NCBI GenBank assembly: GCA_036785375.1
Contig: JAWMAR010000033.1
Span: 11,408,001 to 11,472,000 of the forward strand
DNA length: 64,000 nt
Direction of reading: 5' to 3'
DNA from: Leucoraja ocellata
Taxonomy: Eukaryota
Shown here: piece by piece, positions 51,206 to 64,000 of the stretch
Position numbering within the stretch: the stretch's first letter is position 1
How the letters are laid out: every line of letters begins with the position of its first letter
The notes under the pieces: generated by a model
The model's database searches: none
What the model was told of the DNA's origin: nothing
What the model saw: only the letters and a program-made list of their open reading frames with translations
Made by a program: the position numbers and the translations under genes

Positions 51206-54035
51206 ATCTTTCCCATTCTTATTTTTAATATAGGACCACCTATAATCATAATACACAAATTAAAAATAGCTGATCCAGTTCCTGAAATGTCTCACTCCAA
51301 ACTGCTTTTTTTGTAGTTGATCTATCTTGTGAGGATGTGAAATTTGTCTGTGATGGAATGAGTGAGGATTCTCGAGTCTGGAGGAGATGCTGGGGCCACT
51401 TCCTACAGGGGCCCCAGTGGATTTCCTGTCCCTCCATTCCCCTAGTGAACAGGGCTGCCACCCTGGTGTTTCTCCCAGCGATCAAACGCTCACCAAAGTT
51501 TATATTTCACTAAAGGGGCCAGCTAGAACAAAGTGGGACCCGGCATGAGGGACTGGGGGGTGGGAGGAGGAAGAGTGATTTTTGAATACTTTAGTAACTT
51601 AGTAGGCGCTCCTTACGTGACAACTCTTGCCTACTTGTTCTGTGTGCAAACAAAGAATCTCACTGTACCAAGTACACATGACAATAAAGTATCAATCAAT
51701 CAAATCTGGGGACCCTCTCCATCTCTCCTGGATCCTCTTTCTCCTACACACTGGTGTCAGGTTGCCACATAGAATGTGCTTTAAAACTAACTTATTATAA
51801 ACTGCATGCAATTGAGTCTATTCCTGTTAACAACGCCACAGATCCTATTTTTAACAAGCACATTGTAAATGTAACTCTCTCGCCACTTTTCAACGTATTT
51901 TGGCCAAATAAATTACTTTTTGTGAAGGATCAGATTGCGTGACAATGCTGCAAGCACATGTTCAGGATTAAGTCTGATTTCTAGTCAGTGGTTTATAAAC
52001 CTCACGCCTCGTAGACCTCTGCTGTAAATATTCTCATTGACAAACCACAACATGAAGAACTATTTGTTTTAATCATCTGCTTCCTTCAGAATAATCTCAG
52101 AATATTCAACGTTTTTGCAACATTAAAAGCTCTTTAGCCAGAAACAGATTGGGAGCAGCTTGATGTTATTTTTGACCACAATGAGCTTTGATCAAACTCT
52201 GTGCCTTCACTCAACCACCTGTAGACTGGGGAGGCCCGACAGGAGAGGAGAAACATTTATGGTACAGGGAGGGGGTACTTTTAAATTAAATTAGGAGGCA
52301 AAGAGGGTCATGGATTATCACTGGCAGACAAGATTAGGGAAAATATGCAAGTATTTTACGTACATTAAGAGAAAGAGACTAACCATGAAAAGAGTAAGAG
52401 CTACGTCGACAAACGGACAAACAACATGGAGCCAGAGAGTGCATGTGAATACTTCACATCTGCTGAGCAGATTTGCAACATTAAAAACTCTATACAAATG
52501 GAAATAGTCATTGTAACGTGACTATAGTGAAATAGAAATAGTCAGCCTATTTACAAAGAAGCTGAAAGTTTTAAAATAACAAAAACAGGTTACCCTGTCC
52601 ATTAAGTCTTGGATGATGTTTTACAAGTTGGAGATCTAATTCTATCACCCATTCTTCAACCCATTTTACTTCATGGCTACCTATGATCTATTCAGTTCAT
52701 CCTTAGATACTGATATCTCTGCTTCAAACACAAAATATGTATTCAAGACCTCTCACCTTTGTGAAGAGGTTTCTGCAGTTCTGATTCATCTATTATTTTT
52801 ATTCCCGATCCCCCAGCCTCAACAGTCTATATCTATCGCCCCTTCATTATTTCAAAATTCTTCTTTCATAATCTTTCACTACTTGAACTCCCCATAATCT
52901 GTGTCAGTGATGATCACCCAAGGTTTCAAGGTTTTCTTTGCATTAATTTTTCCTCAGTATTATCTCTGTTCTGTGTTCTCGATAACACCTCAACATCCTT
53001 CCTATGATGTTGAGACTAAAATGCACTGCCTCTGTGGTTTTACATTGATGTAGGTTCACCGTTGCATCTCGATTCTCAATCATTTCCTGCATCTATTTCT
53101 CCATTTTGCTTTTGGCTGGCAAATAAGAACTGAAGAAGTAAGGAAGTAAAGAATTGAACATGAGCAATGTGGTTAGAATATTACAAAATGGAAACTATCA
53201 AGGGGGTGAAATCAACCAAACCTGCTCGACCAGTCTGTAGGGTTTACCACTACATTTTCCAAGACATAAGCTGATCAGAACACTTTAAATGATTTGTTTA
53301 ACAAAATGTTCCATTCTGAATTATCAATAAAGAGATAAATAATGAACAATTCACTAACTGGAGTTCATGCTGAGCAGGTTTGGGGTATTGGTCAGCAAAT
53401 CTAAAATCTTCCCTCCAAATGGGTGCCAGCTACCTCTGCAACAGCAGGGTCCAAAGCAAAAGCATATTATCATCTTAACAAAGTTGCATAAAATTCAGTA
53501 AGTATAGTTTAAAGTTCTATAAATGTGTAAGAGTAACGCATAGCCAGTAACAGAAAGCAGTGAAAATACCCCCAGGGACTGGGTAGTCTGGGACTTCCCG
53601 AATGGTAAGAAACTCACAATTATGAATCTTTGACAGCTTGTTCATTAGGGATTATGTGCCTGTTTAATTCAGAAGCTGCTGGTGTGAGAATCATGTCCAT
53701 ATTTACTCTTGCTGCGTTGGATTATGCTTCTGACAGACGGTGTCCAGGTTCATGTTGTGGTCTTGGGGCTTTTGCAGTTTATTGGGGAGATTATTCAAGT
53801 GGCTGTTGTCAAATGCTAGTCCCACTATCAGGCTACCGCAAAACCGTGCAACACTGGCTGCTGCCTGAACCCAGTACAGACCGCTTTGTGCTGCTACAAA
53901 TCCACACTAACATCAGCTTGTAGCCCCAAACACACGCTGCCAGAAATTAGCACCAATTTTTGTTTTCTGACAAATAAGTACAGCATTGTTCAGATGTCAC
54001 AGAACCCCAACACTGACAGATGCTCCCAGCACCAA

Positions 54036-54756
54036 CCCTTGGTGCAGTTTCTCCCTGCATGCCCCCTGGTGCAGTTTCTCCCTGCATGCCCACTGGTGCA
54101 GTTTCTCCCTGCATGCGCACTGGTACAGTTTCTCCCTGCATGCCCACTGGTGCAGTTTCTCCCTGCATGCCCCCTGGTGCAGTTTCTCCCTGCATGCCCA
54201 CTGGTGCAGTTTCTCCCTGCATGCCCACTGGTGCAGTTTCTCCCTGCATGCCCCCTGGTGCAGTTTCTCCCTGCATGCCCACTGGTGCAGTTTCTCCCTG
54301 CATGCCCACTGGTGCAGTTTCTCCCTGCATGCGCACTGGTACAGTTTCTCCCTGCATGCCCACTGGTGCAGTTTCTCCCTGCATGCCCACTGGTACAGTT
54401 TCTCCCTGCATGCCCCCTGGTGCAGTTTCTCCCTGCATGCCCACTGGTGCAGTTTCTCCCAGGACTGACCCCTGGTACAGTTTCTCCCTGCATGCCCACT
54501 GGTACAGTTTCTCCCTGCATGCCCACTGGTGCAGTTTCTCCCTGCATGCCCACTGGTGCAGTTTCTCCCAGGACTGACCCCTGGTGCAGTTTCTCCCTGC
54601 ATGCCCACTGGTACAGTTTCTCCCAGGACTGACCACTGGTACAGTTTCTCCCAGGACTGACCCCTGGTACAGTTTCTCCCAGGACTGACCACTGGTACAG
54701 TTTCTCCCAGGACTGACCCCTGGTACAGTTTCTCCCTGCATGCCCACTGGTGCAGT
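54036..54756. repeat. 27-bp minisatellite (28-bp variant at the 3' side) in a PSD4 intron
   Basis: Unit ctggtgcagtttctccctgcatgccca, about 26 copies; variant ...cccaggactgacc. Confidence 0.97.
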
Positions 54757-55037
54757 TGAATTGAATAGAATTGAATACTTTATTGTCACATGTCACAAGG
54801 CACAGTGAAATTGTTTGCTAAGGTTGCATTACCAAGGTATGCAAATAGCCACAACATAAAGGGCGTTGACAAAATTACAAAGTATCCTGTGCCAGGTCAA
54901 CCCTTGACCCCCTCCCCCCCCCCTTCACAGCCGTCCCCTCACACCGGGTCCTCTATTGTTCCCAGCGGCACGTCCACCATCTCCCACGTCGCCCGTCCTC
55001 AACCGTAAACGCCCTCAACAATCGACCTGGACGACCA

Positions 55038-55130
55038 TCTCTCCCCGGCAGAGACCCCTGACACAGTCTCTCCCCGGCAGAGACCCCTGACACAGTCTCT
55101 CCCCGGCAGAGACCCCGACACAGTCTCTCC
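55038..55130. repeat. 29-bp tandem repeat, about 3 copies
   Basis: tctctccccggcagagacccctgacacag. Confidence 0.9.
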
Positions 55131-55499
55131 CGACACCAGCCCCTGGTACAGTCTATCACTAGCACCAACCCTCGCGCCAGCAGAGGATAATTTTCAGTCA
55201 CCTACTAATACTCAATCCACCAATGATAATTCTAAATTACCAATTGATAAAAACGTAAACTCCAAAGTTTGAGGAGCAGTTGTTCAGGTGGACTGTCACT
55301 CATGCTTATATTTTCTGGCACCTACAATCTGCAAACTTCAACTATACTTTAATTCCCACTATACTTTGGTCCAATATCACCAGAGCTCTAATAGCAAGAA
55401 ACAACATATGGAACGTTGGGCTCAGTTGAGAAGGGATGGTATGGAACTCAGTGGTCAATGTCCATCTTTGTGTCTCCAATTATAAAAAGATCCCATTAC

Positions 55500-56537
55500 C
55501 TCACTCTCCGTTAGTTGGTTATTCCATCCCACAAGCTCCTTGTGCACTGAAGGAATGTATGAGGGTAACATGGATACAGAATCCTCTGTGCTTATTGCAC
55601 TGTAACTCTCTGCAATTACTTCCTCGACCATATGGATTTTCAGTTCACTGCTCGATGGCTCACAGTTCATGGGCATTACCACTGGATCAGCGTTACTCCT
55701 TTCACCCAACTCCTCCGCAGTCGTAGCAATATCTGTGGTCAAAATTGGAATAAATGCTTGGTTCTGATGCCACACATCTTGTTGCAAAAAAACAACATCT
55801 GATGGATCCATAATAATTTCATCAGGAGTTGTGGCTGCATCAGATACCTGGGCGAAATCTTCAGATTTATCCCTCAGCATTTCTTCATCCGTTTCTTCAT
55901 GGACAGAGGGCGTTAAAGGCTCCAACAGACCAGGACTCTCAATCGTCATCCCATCAGAATTATTAAATAGATATTCAGTACTTTCCTCAGCACAGTTTCC
56001 TGTTTCATTGGTCGTTTTGGTCAGTAATACTGCTTGCACCCATGGTGTAGATCCATTACTTTCCAATGAACTTGCACTCTCTGATCGATTAGAAGCATCC
56101 AATTTGTTTACATCCTCAATAAACACCATATTTGTTAGCTCAGTAGAAAATGTTTCAATTTGTCCTGAATCTAAATTCTCATTCGAGGCAAATGTGCTTT
56201 TGTTTTCCAAACTAAAACTCAAGAATGAACCTTCGGCAATAACATTATGAGTTTTATGTTCTTCATCAGCATCCTCCGCATATCTGATGTTACCTGGCTC
56301 CATTTCATTACCCAGATTGTCTGAGATCTGAAATAGGTTTCTTGCAAAGACTGTATTGTCATCTTGTGTATTTGGCTCTGAAATCCGTAATAAGTCAGAG
56401 TTATCGCTATGGAGAGGAGTGACATCTTCTGCACTGATTCCAGTGTCTTCTTCAATGTCGTCATCGCCTTCTGCAGCGTCTAAACCTTTTGAGCAAGATG
56501 TTTGTTCCATGTCAATCAGGAAATCAAAATGATCCAT
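55500..56537 (-). CDS. PSD4: PSD4 first coding exon (346 codons, acidic low-complexity N-terminus)
   Basis: Long ORF MDHFDFLIDMEQ...LTESE with an in-frame stop just upstream of the ATG. Acceptor ttttcacag gives exon start 56624 (5'UTR part). Donor GAG|gtaatg is phase 0, matching the next exon. Assignment to PSD4 rests on phase and position, not recognisable homology. Confidence 0.75.
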
Positions 56538-57894
56538 CTTCAAATATTAAAGGGAAGTTACAACAGATCCGTTCTAATTTCAATGGATTCCACAAAGTTG
56601 TAGTCAGCTATTTGCCATGATGATCTGTGAAAAAAATAATTTGAATGATTGCAAAATGACTGGTAAATGTTTCAATTTGTCCTGAATTATAGTTGCATAA
56701 ATTCTGCCAAACATTCTCACATTTTAAGATTTTGCACAGGTTCTACTAATAAGATCTGCATAATAAAGCCTGGTTAAAATGGAAGCTCAGAGGATTCTGA
56801 GGATGCAGGGTTCTAAAACTTAATTCGGCTCATCGAGTCGACTCCGCCATTCAACCTTGGTTGATCTATCTTTCCCTCTCAACCCCATTCTCCTGCTTTC
56901 TCCCCGTAACCTTTGACCCCTTATTAATCATGATCTAGTCAATCTCTGCTTCAAAGATACCCAAGGACGGCCTCTACAACCATCTATGGTGTTGAATCCA
57001 CAGATTCACCACCCTCTGGCCAAAGTACTTCCCCACATCTTCTTTCTTTACATCTTTTTATTCTGAGACTGTGCCCGCAGGGCCTAGTGGAAACATCCCC
57101 TCCACATCTACTCTAGTGAGGCCTTTCATTATTCAGTGGGGTAAGATTTAAGAGGGACATCAGTGGCAACTTTTTCATTGCATATTTGGAATTTAGCTGT
57201 TATGATGTTTGAACAAATCTATGGATAAAAGGGGTTTAATGGACAATGAGCAAATGGCACAAACCCAATATGTCAACTTGATCGGCGTGGATAAGGTGGG
57301 CTGAATTACTTTAAAGATCTATCATTCTATGAGAAGAATGATAAAGGACAACTATCATATTGTTGTGTGAGTCTTTCGTGAATGAAATTTGAGTTTAAAC
57401 TTGTTCTATTTAGTGCAATTCAAGATAAAGGCCACATTTTACCTGACCTTGTGATTAAATAACTCCCTTCTTAAGGCAATGACTGTTTGTACCTATATAT
57501 AATCTGATGAAAATAGCCTTGGGAGGACACACAGCTATTTTATTTATTTGCTCAGTAAATGGTACATATTAAGTGACTTTCTGTCTAGTGTTAAATAGGT
57601 GGGCCACAAAGCTTAGTGCCAACTCATCAGCATCTAAACATCTGCTCCTTCAAACACATTTTACACCAGTCGTTGAATATTTTAATTTAAAAATTAATGT
57701 ATGACAAGCACAAAATGAGTTCCAACATTTGACTGCAGGCTGGGTCCAAACTGCACAGAAAGAAGTCACAAATAATGTGGAGATCAATAATGCCAGTAAA
57801 ATAGTGAGGTAAAAGTAGATGCCTTTCTGCTGACTGGATAGCATCTGACAAAAGCTTTTCACTGTACCACGGTATACGTGACAATAAACTAAGC

Positions 57895-58026
57895 TAGTTT
57901 AGTTAATTTAGAGATACGGCACTGAAACAGGCCCTTCGGCCCACAGAGTCTGCACTGGCCAGCGACCCCCGCACATTAACACTATCCTACTACTGGGGAC
58001 AATTTACGCATACACCAAGCCAATTA
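57895..58026 (-). mobile_element. HE1-like SINE 3' part
   Basis: Matches the 3' end of 19453-19590. Confidence 0.75.
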
Positions 58027-60081
58027 TTGTATGCTTTAAGGGAATGGTAACATCTTTGTTGATGAATGATTTATGCTCAGTTAAGAAATACAAGTACAGA
58101 TGACAGAAAGGCAACATTGGATCTGAGGTATTAAGACCATATCTGACCTGGTTCATCTTGTTGATATTGTATTGAACAGTTTTTATTTTTTATCTGACAG
58201 AGTTAGTGCTAGATAGTGTAAAGTTGTAGTAAATTAAAAATACAACAAGCTACAGAATATTTAATTTAATTGTGGTATGGAATGCTCAAATAAAAATATT
58301 ATATCATCCATTTCCTTCAGGAATTCAAATAATGTCGATAAATCTTACAGCACAGAATTCCTTGCACCTTCTTCACCTGGTGAGCTCTGCTCTCATCCTA
58401 TCTCCCTGCCCTTGCCCCTTACCTTTCGGTATTCTTTCATTTCAAATATTTATCCAGTTTTTGTTCAAATGACGTCAACCTTTGCTGCAATAGCATTTTA
58501 TGATGAAACATTCTGTCCCTCTAGAGCAAATTCTACTAACTGTTGTTTATTTATTGTTAACTCAGTCTCTGCCTTGTTACTGATTCATCAGTCTGTGGAA
58601 TTGCCTTTCAGTTTTCATCTCCTCAAAAATTATAATACCCCCTATTAAATAATCCCCCTAATTTTTATTTTAAGAGTTCTGACTTTTATGTTATCTTTGT
58701 ACTTACCACTAATATTTATATTCTCAATATTGTGTTTAGTTGGGGTTATATTTTAATTTTAGTTAATCTTATTGATCAATAATATAATTGTAAATTAGAG
58801 AAAGAATGTTGCTGATACAAGTACGTAAAGTTAATGCTTTATGAAGATTCAATGAATGTAGGGTATTTGGGCCTTTGCTTGTATTATCAATAGCAATGGG
58901 CAGGAAGGTTTAGGGGAATATGTGCCAAACTGAGGCACATGAAATGAGCTGAATAATCAAACTTGATCAGCATGGATGAATTGGGCCGAAGTGCCAGTTT
59001 CCGTGCTGAGTGTCTCTGACTTCATGATTCTGGCATTAGAAGTAAAAGTGCTGCTCACTTGATGGATGATGTGGACCTGTTTTAGGAACAGGGGTAATAA
59101 AGTTCCCATTGTTGAGGTACCGTGACTTTCTTGCAAGTTCCTCTAACAAGGTAAAAAATTGCAAGAGTACTAGTAATAACATCACTTCCCACAATATAAA
59201 ATAATCTAAAATCACACCCCTTTATAAATGATAGGAAATTATAAAAAAACTTATTTTCAGTCTACACCGCATATATCCTCTCATTTGGTGTTGACAAGGT
59301 GTAATTTCTCTTCCTGTTGAAGGTAGCCTCCATTTCTGTGCATTGCTTCAATATCGCCATTAATACCAGAACAAGTTAAGATTGCACTTGGATTGCAAAT
59401 GCAGTAAAGTTAAGGTTACTGTGTTAGTTATATTTTCTCGGTCTGAAGAATAGATGAAATGTTTTTTATACAATGGTCATTTCTAATTATTGTATCAAAA
59501 TATTAATTAAATGTCTGATTTAATAACGTCATTTTTAGTTTGATAGCGTTGTCTTTATGCTTGAGAATTTTAAGAAACACAGAAAACATTTAACTGAGAA
59601 TCCCAGACAGAAACTGGACTATGCTCTGTAATTAAGACATAATATTTGACCATTATGTGTTTGAGAAGTACTTGAATGGCATGGGCTTGTTTCAGTTCTG
59701 ACTGTGTTACACGGGGATTTACTGAGCCTGAGCCTGCATACATTCAGCCTCCTGACATGGCACCTGTACATAGGGACCACCTGTCTCAAAGGATTAACCC
59801 ACATGCTTGGTGAAAAGTGGCGTGGAGAATGCCTCTCTGTTTGCAATAAGCCAACTTGAACACAAATGAATTCTATTTTTACATCTAACGTCATCTGTGT
59901 TCGGTCCACAAGGAATTGGATGAGATACGTTTTATTAACATTGATACAGACTCCACAAAGAGTATTTAAGCTGAGACTTCCTAAAATAAGCAAGACAACT
60001 AAACCAACTATAGCAAACAGGCCTTGCTTTTGCATGAACTCACTGATTCGATCAGGTTTGAAGTAAAGTTTGTCAACTTAC

Positions 60082-60280
60082 CATATGTCACTGCCTGTGA
60101 ATGAAGCCAGTTCCTTGAGAAGTTGGCCAGTGTTGTTGTCCACAGGGGGCGTGGGTGGGGTGGTGGGGGTGGCCTGAGTTAGGACACGAGAGCTTTTTAT
60201 TCTGCCATATTTTCCAACAAACTCTATTTTCTTCAAAGCCTCTGCTCAAGTTGACACATGCTCACTTCCTTCCGCAAGTT
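60082..60280 (-). promoter_or_regulatory. Candidate PSD4 non-coding upstream exon and promoter
   Basis: Strong donor ATATG|gtaagt at 60082/60081, GC/GT-box run at 60145-60172, tandem ETS motif GCGGAAGGAAGTG at 60263-60275. The transcription start cannot be determined. Confidence 0.4.
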
Positions 60281-61104
60281 CAACGTTTGACAGAAAATGA
60301 GTGAAGTGGGAGGATCCACAGTAACCAATAAAGATAAAGGAAAGTTAAAATGATTTATTTCTGCTGCTGAACAACAACCAGGAAGAGGAGATTCAAAGGG
60401 AAATTTGAACGGGTGAAATGCTGTGTTATGTGTTGTCCTTCAATCCATGCTCCAGAGCACGTACATTCTCCTAAACAATTCTGCAGCTCCCCCATTTAAA
60501 AATGGTTCTTACCAGCAGTGACAATCTAAGAGGCTTCCGTTGTCCTGATATGATCAAATGCCCTTGTATGAAAGACATAGGAGAGTGAATGCAACTCTGA
60601 CAACCCAACACCTGCTGCAGTAGAACATTACACTACTTCAAACAAAATGTATTTAAATGAATCAGCACCCTCGTCATTTGCCTTGAGTTGTCATGTCAAC
60701 TCAGCATTTAACTCTTTCAAAGCTAGTGCCAAATATTGTGCAGAATAGTTCATCTTGTTACTGTTTTGCAGATATTTAAATATGTAAGAATCGTAATGTT
60801 GGGTGCAATTCTGAATGGATGATTGTTGCAAATGATAAGTCCTGTGGTCGTACTTTATTTTAAATTTAGCCAGTAAAAATGTGAAATAAAAACTTAGGAA
60901 TTGCATCAGTACTTGAAAAGAGAAATGAAAATTAATCTTTTATGGTTGGATTCTTTGTTGGAACTTCAGTTTTCACATAATTAAATCGATGACCATGCTA
61001 TGGAAATTTCCTACTGTAATTTCTAGCTCCTATTAACTCCTTAAAATCTGCCACTTTCACTTAGCCTGGACCCAGTGTCCACATTACTATCATCGGAACC
61101 TTGG

Positions 61105-61625
61105 AACAGCACAGTACAGAAACAGGCCCTTCGGCTGATACTGTCTGTGCCAGACATGATGCCAAGTTAACCTAATCTCCTCTGTCTGGACATAGTCCAT
61201 ATCCCTCATACCCTGCATATCCACAGCCTCCTAAATGCTACTTTCATTATCAACCTCCTCTGACAGCACATTCCCATGCACCCACCATTCTCTGTGTAAA
61301 AAAAACAACTTGCCCTGTACATCTCCTTTAAATGTCACCTTACAGCTATGCCCTCTATTCTTTGATACTTCCACCATGGGAAGAATGTCCATGCCTCTCA
61401 TCATTTTATATACTTCTATTACACCTCCTGTCAGCCTCCGATGCTCTAGAAAAAAAGAGTCCAAATTTGTGCAATCTCTCTTTTGAATTCATCCTCTCTA
61501 ATCCAAGAAACATTCTGTAAAGCTCCTCTGCTCCCTCTCCAAAGCCTCCACATCGATCTGTAACGGGGAAACCAGAACTACACACAATACTCCATATACA
61601 ACCTGATCAATGTGACTTCCCGACT
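61105..61625 (-). mobile_element. CR1 LINE 3' fragment
   Basis: LEHRRLTGGVIEVYKMMRG, plus tail. Confidence 0.85.
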
Positions 61626-61711
61626 CAATTCCCTTACCTATGAACATATGACAGAGTAGGAGATAGAGCGTTATGCCAATAGATTTAGTTGAAGACAGAC
61701 AGGAATATCTT

Positions 61712-61900
61712 TGTAGGAAGGAACTGTAGATGCTGGTTTATATTGAAACTAGAAACACAATGCTGCAGTAACTCAGCGAGACAGGCAGCATCTCTGGAGA
61801 GAAGGAAAGGGTGAGGCTTCGAAGGGTCTCAACCTGAAACGTCACCCATTCCTTCTCTCCAGAGATGCTGCCTGTCCCGCTGAGTTGCTCCAGCATTTTG
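61712..61900. mobile_element. Short PLE-derived hairpin element
   Basis: Tail plus arm, then an inverted arm. Confidence 0.8.
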
Positions 61901-62214
61901 GTTCTTTGAGTGGGGAGACAGTTTCTGCCACATATGCTGTGAGTAGTGGACTGTGCAGTGAGTTGGGCTACTATTGATTAGTTGGGGAATGATGGTGAGT
62001 GTTGTCCAGTCCTGATAACCAATGCCATTTGTGAGGGGTTTTCAGGGGGAATGGCTCCAGTCCAATTTAAAACTTTCCCTTCTCGCCTTAAAAATATGCC
62101 CTCTAGTTTTCGGTTCCATACCAGCATGTTCAAGAGCAGCTACTTTACACAATTATCAGGTTCTTGAATCAACCTGCATAAGTGTAATCCTACCTGGACA
62201 ATGGAACATTATTG

Positions 62215-62460
62215 ACCACAGTTTAAGCTGAGAGAGGAAAGATTTAGTAGGGACCTGAGGGGTAGTGAGTATATGGAATGATCTGCTAAAGAAGGTAGTT
62301 GAGGCAGTTACAATAATAACATTTATAAAACATTTGGACAGGTGCATGGGGAGGGATATGGGTAAAATACAGGCAAATAGGACTAGCTTAGATGGGGCAT
62401 TTTGGTCAGCATGGATGAGTTGGGCTGAAGGGCCTGTTTCCGTGCTGTATGGCACTATGT
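62215..62460 (+). mobile_element. CR1 LINE 3' end
   Basis: SIWNDLLKKVVEAVTIITFIKHLDR plus gggcctgtttccgtgctgta tail; another copy at ~63635-63900. Confidence 0.8.
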
Positions 62461-62807
62461 ACTACCATGGACATGTATGCTGTTGTACTACTAACATGAT
62501 ATTTTTTGCGGAAGTTCTTATTTCTTTTTACTGTCTTGCAGAATTTGAACGTGTGCTTTATACATAATTTATGTTCTCATATGTTTGTCTGAATCTATGT
62601 TGCTATGATGCGGCTGCAAGCAAGATTTTAATTGTACCTGTATCTCAGTGTATGTGCATGTGGCTAGGGATTCGACTCTTTATTCTGGGCCCTGGATAAT
62701 GAAAGCAAATATCCAATATGCTTTCTTTACCGTCTTATTTAGATCTGCTGCCACCTTCAGGATTTCTCTGATTTGTACATCAGTGTCCACAATTATACAA
62801 ATGACAA

Positions 62808-63090
62808 ATATAGACACAAAGTGCTGGAGTAACTCAGCGGGTCAGGCAGCATCTGTGGAGAACATGGATAGGTGATGTTTCACAGAGTGCTGGAGTAACT
62901 CAGCGGGACAGGCAGCATCTGTGGAGAAAAAGGATGAGTGATGTTTCGAGTCGGGACCCTTCGTCAGCCGTGTCTGACCCGAAACATCACCCATCCATTT
63001 TCTCCAGGGTTGCTGCCTGACCCGCTGAGTTACTCCAGCACTTTGTGTCTATCTTTGGTATAAACCAGCATCTGCAGTTCCTTGGTTCTA
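62808..63090. mobile_element. PLE-derived hairpin element with duplicated arm
   Basis: Two tandem arms joined at gtttcacagagtgctgg, then an inverted arm and tail. Confidence 0.85.
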
Positions 63091-64000
63091 TAAAAAAGAC
63101 GATCCCCACTGACAGTCATATAAACTCCAGCCCCCACCCTAATTATTAAAACTTCATTTTTTATGCACCACTCACCCCCAACTAACTGATCGCAATAACG
63201 TTCTTATGCCAAATGACTCAAACCCAGTGGCTCCTGGCACCATCCACAGCAAATCACATTGGCAAGCCTTCACTGCCAACAGCTCAGCCTCTGGTCCCCA
63301 CCAGCAATGACACAAATCAACTCTCCCTCACGATTCAGAAACCACAACCGCACACACAACTATCTAACCCACACCCCACAGTACAAAGGACACCTCAATA
63401 ATCCTAATGTTATTCGGGGATACAAAATTAAAATTGGGATAGATAAGGGAAAAAGTAGGAATCTAGAGTGAGAACCACTTTTTAGGACTGTTTAAAGCAA
63501 GGCTAAGATATAGCATGAGTCAGGAGATTTAAAGAGGACCTGAGAAGGTCCATATAGTGGTTGGAGCCTTGAATACATTGCCCAATGCGGTGAGGGACAT
63601 GTAAGAAGCATCTGGAAAATCAAGAACTGGAGTCGGTGAGAGGAAAAGATTTAGTAGGAACCTGAAGTGCAATTTTTCCACACAGTGGGTGGTGTTTATG
63701 TGGAACAAGCTGCCAGATGGAGGATTTGAGACGGGTATAAGAACAACATTTGAAAGACACTTGAACAGGTTATGGATAGGAATAATTTAGAGATAAGGGT
63801 GAAACATGGGCGAATGAGACTAGCTTAGATGGTGCATTTTGGTCAGCATGGACAAGTTGGGGTGAAGGGCCTGTTTCTATGTAGTATGGCTCTATGACAC
63901 TAAGGTATAGAAAGCTATGGAGCAAATGCAGGTAAATGGGAGTTGTATAGATAAGTATAATGATGGGCGGAAGAGCTGTTTCTGTGACTGCCTCTTGCCC

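Noticed and set aside
53886-54796. Six overlapping ORFs of 160-280 aa
   Set aside because: Products of a stop-free 27-bp minisatellite, open on both strands, with no splice or domain support.
59619-60240. Possible extra N-terminal coding exons of PSD4
   Set aside because: No in-frame ATG, and all three frames are closed between the 56624 acceptor and the ATG at 56537.

Overview
Vertebrate nuclear DNA, most likely from a cartilaginous fish (skate/ray-like), inferred from HE1-type V-SINEs and CR1/HER1-type LINE ends. AT-rich and repeat-dense. The right half holds one protein-coding gene on the minus strand, PSD4 (EFA6B, an ARF6 GEF). I assembled it by hand from 15 GT-AG coding exons with consistent phases (ATG at 56537 to stop at 30792, about 1033 aa: long acidic N-terminus, Sec7, PH, coiled coil). 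The left ~30 kb has no convincing gene, but it has enhancer-like motif blocks, a CTCF-consensus site and minisatellites. Mobile DNA includes CR1 and Rex1/Babar LINE fragments, HE1-like SINEs, a Passport-like Tc1 half-element and a Penelope GIY-YIG fragment. The most striking feature is about 20 copies of a short non-coding element, probably Penelope-derived. It carries a minimal hammerhead-ribozyme core (CTGAAGA-A-GGGT-CTCG-ACCC-GAAAC-GTC) and occurs as solos, asymmetric hairpins with a ~35-nt tail, and concatemers, often flanked by 10-16 bp target-site duplications. Repeat boundaries are approximate.
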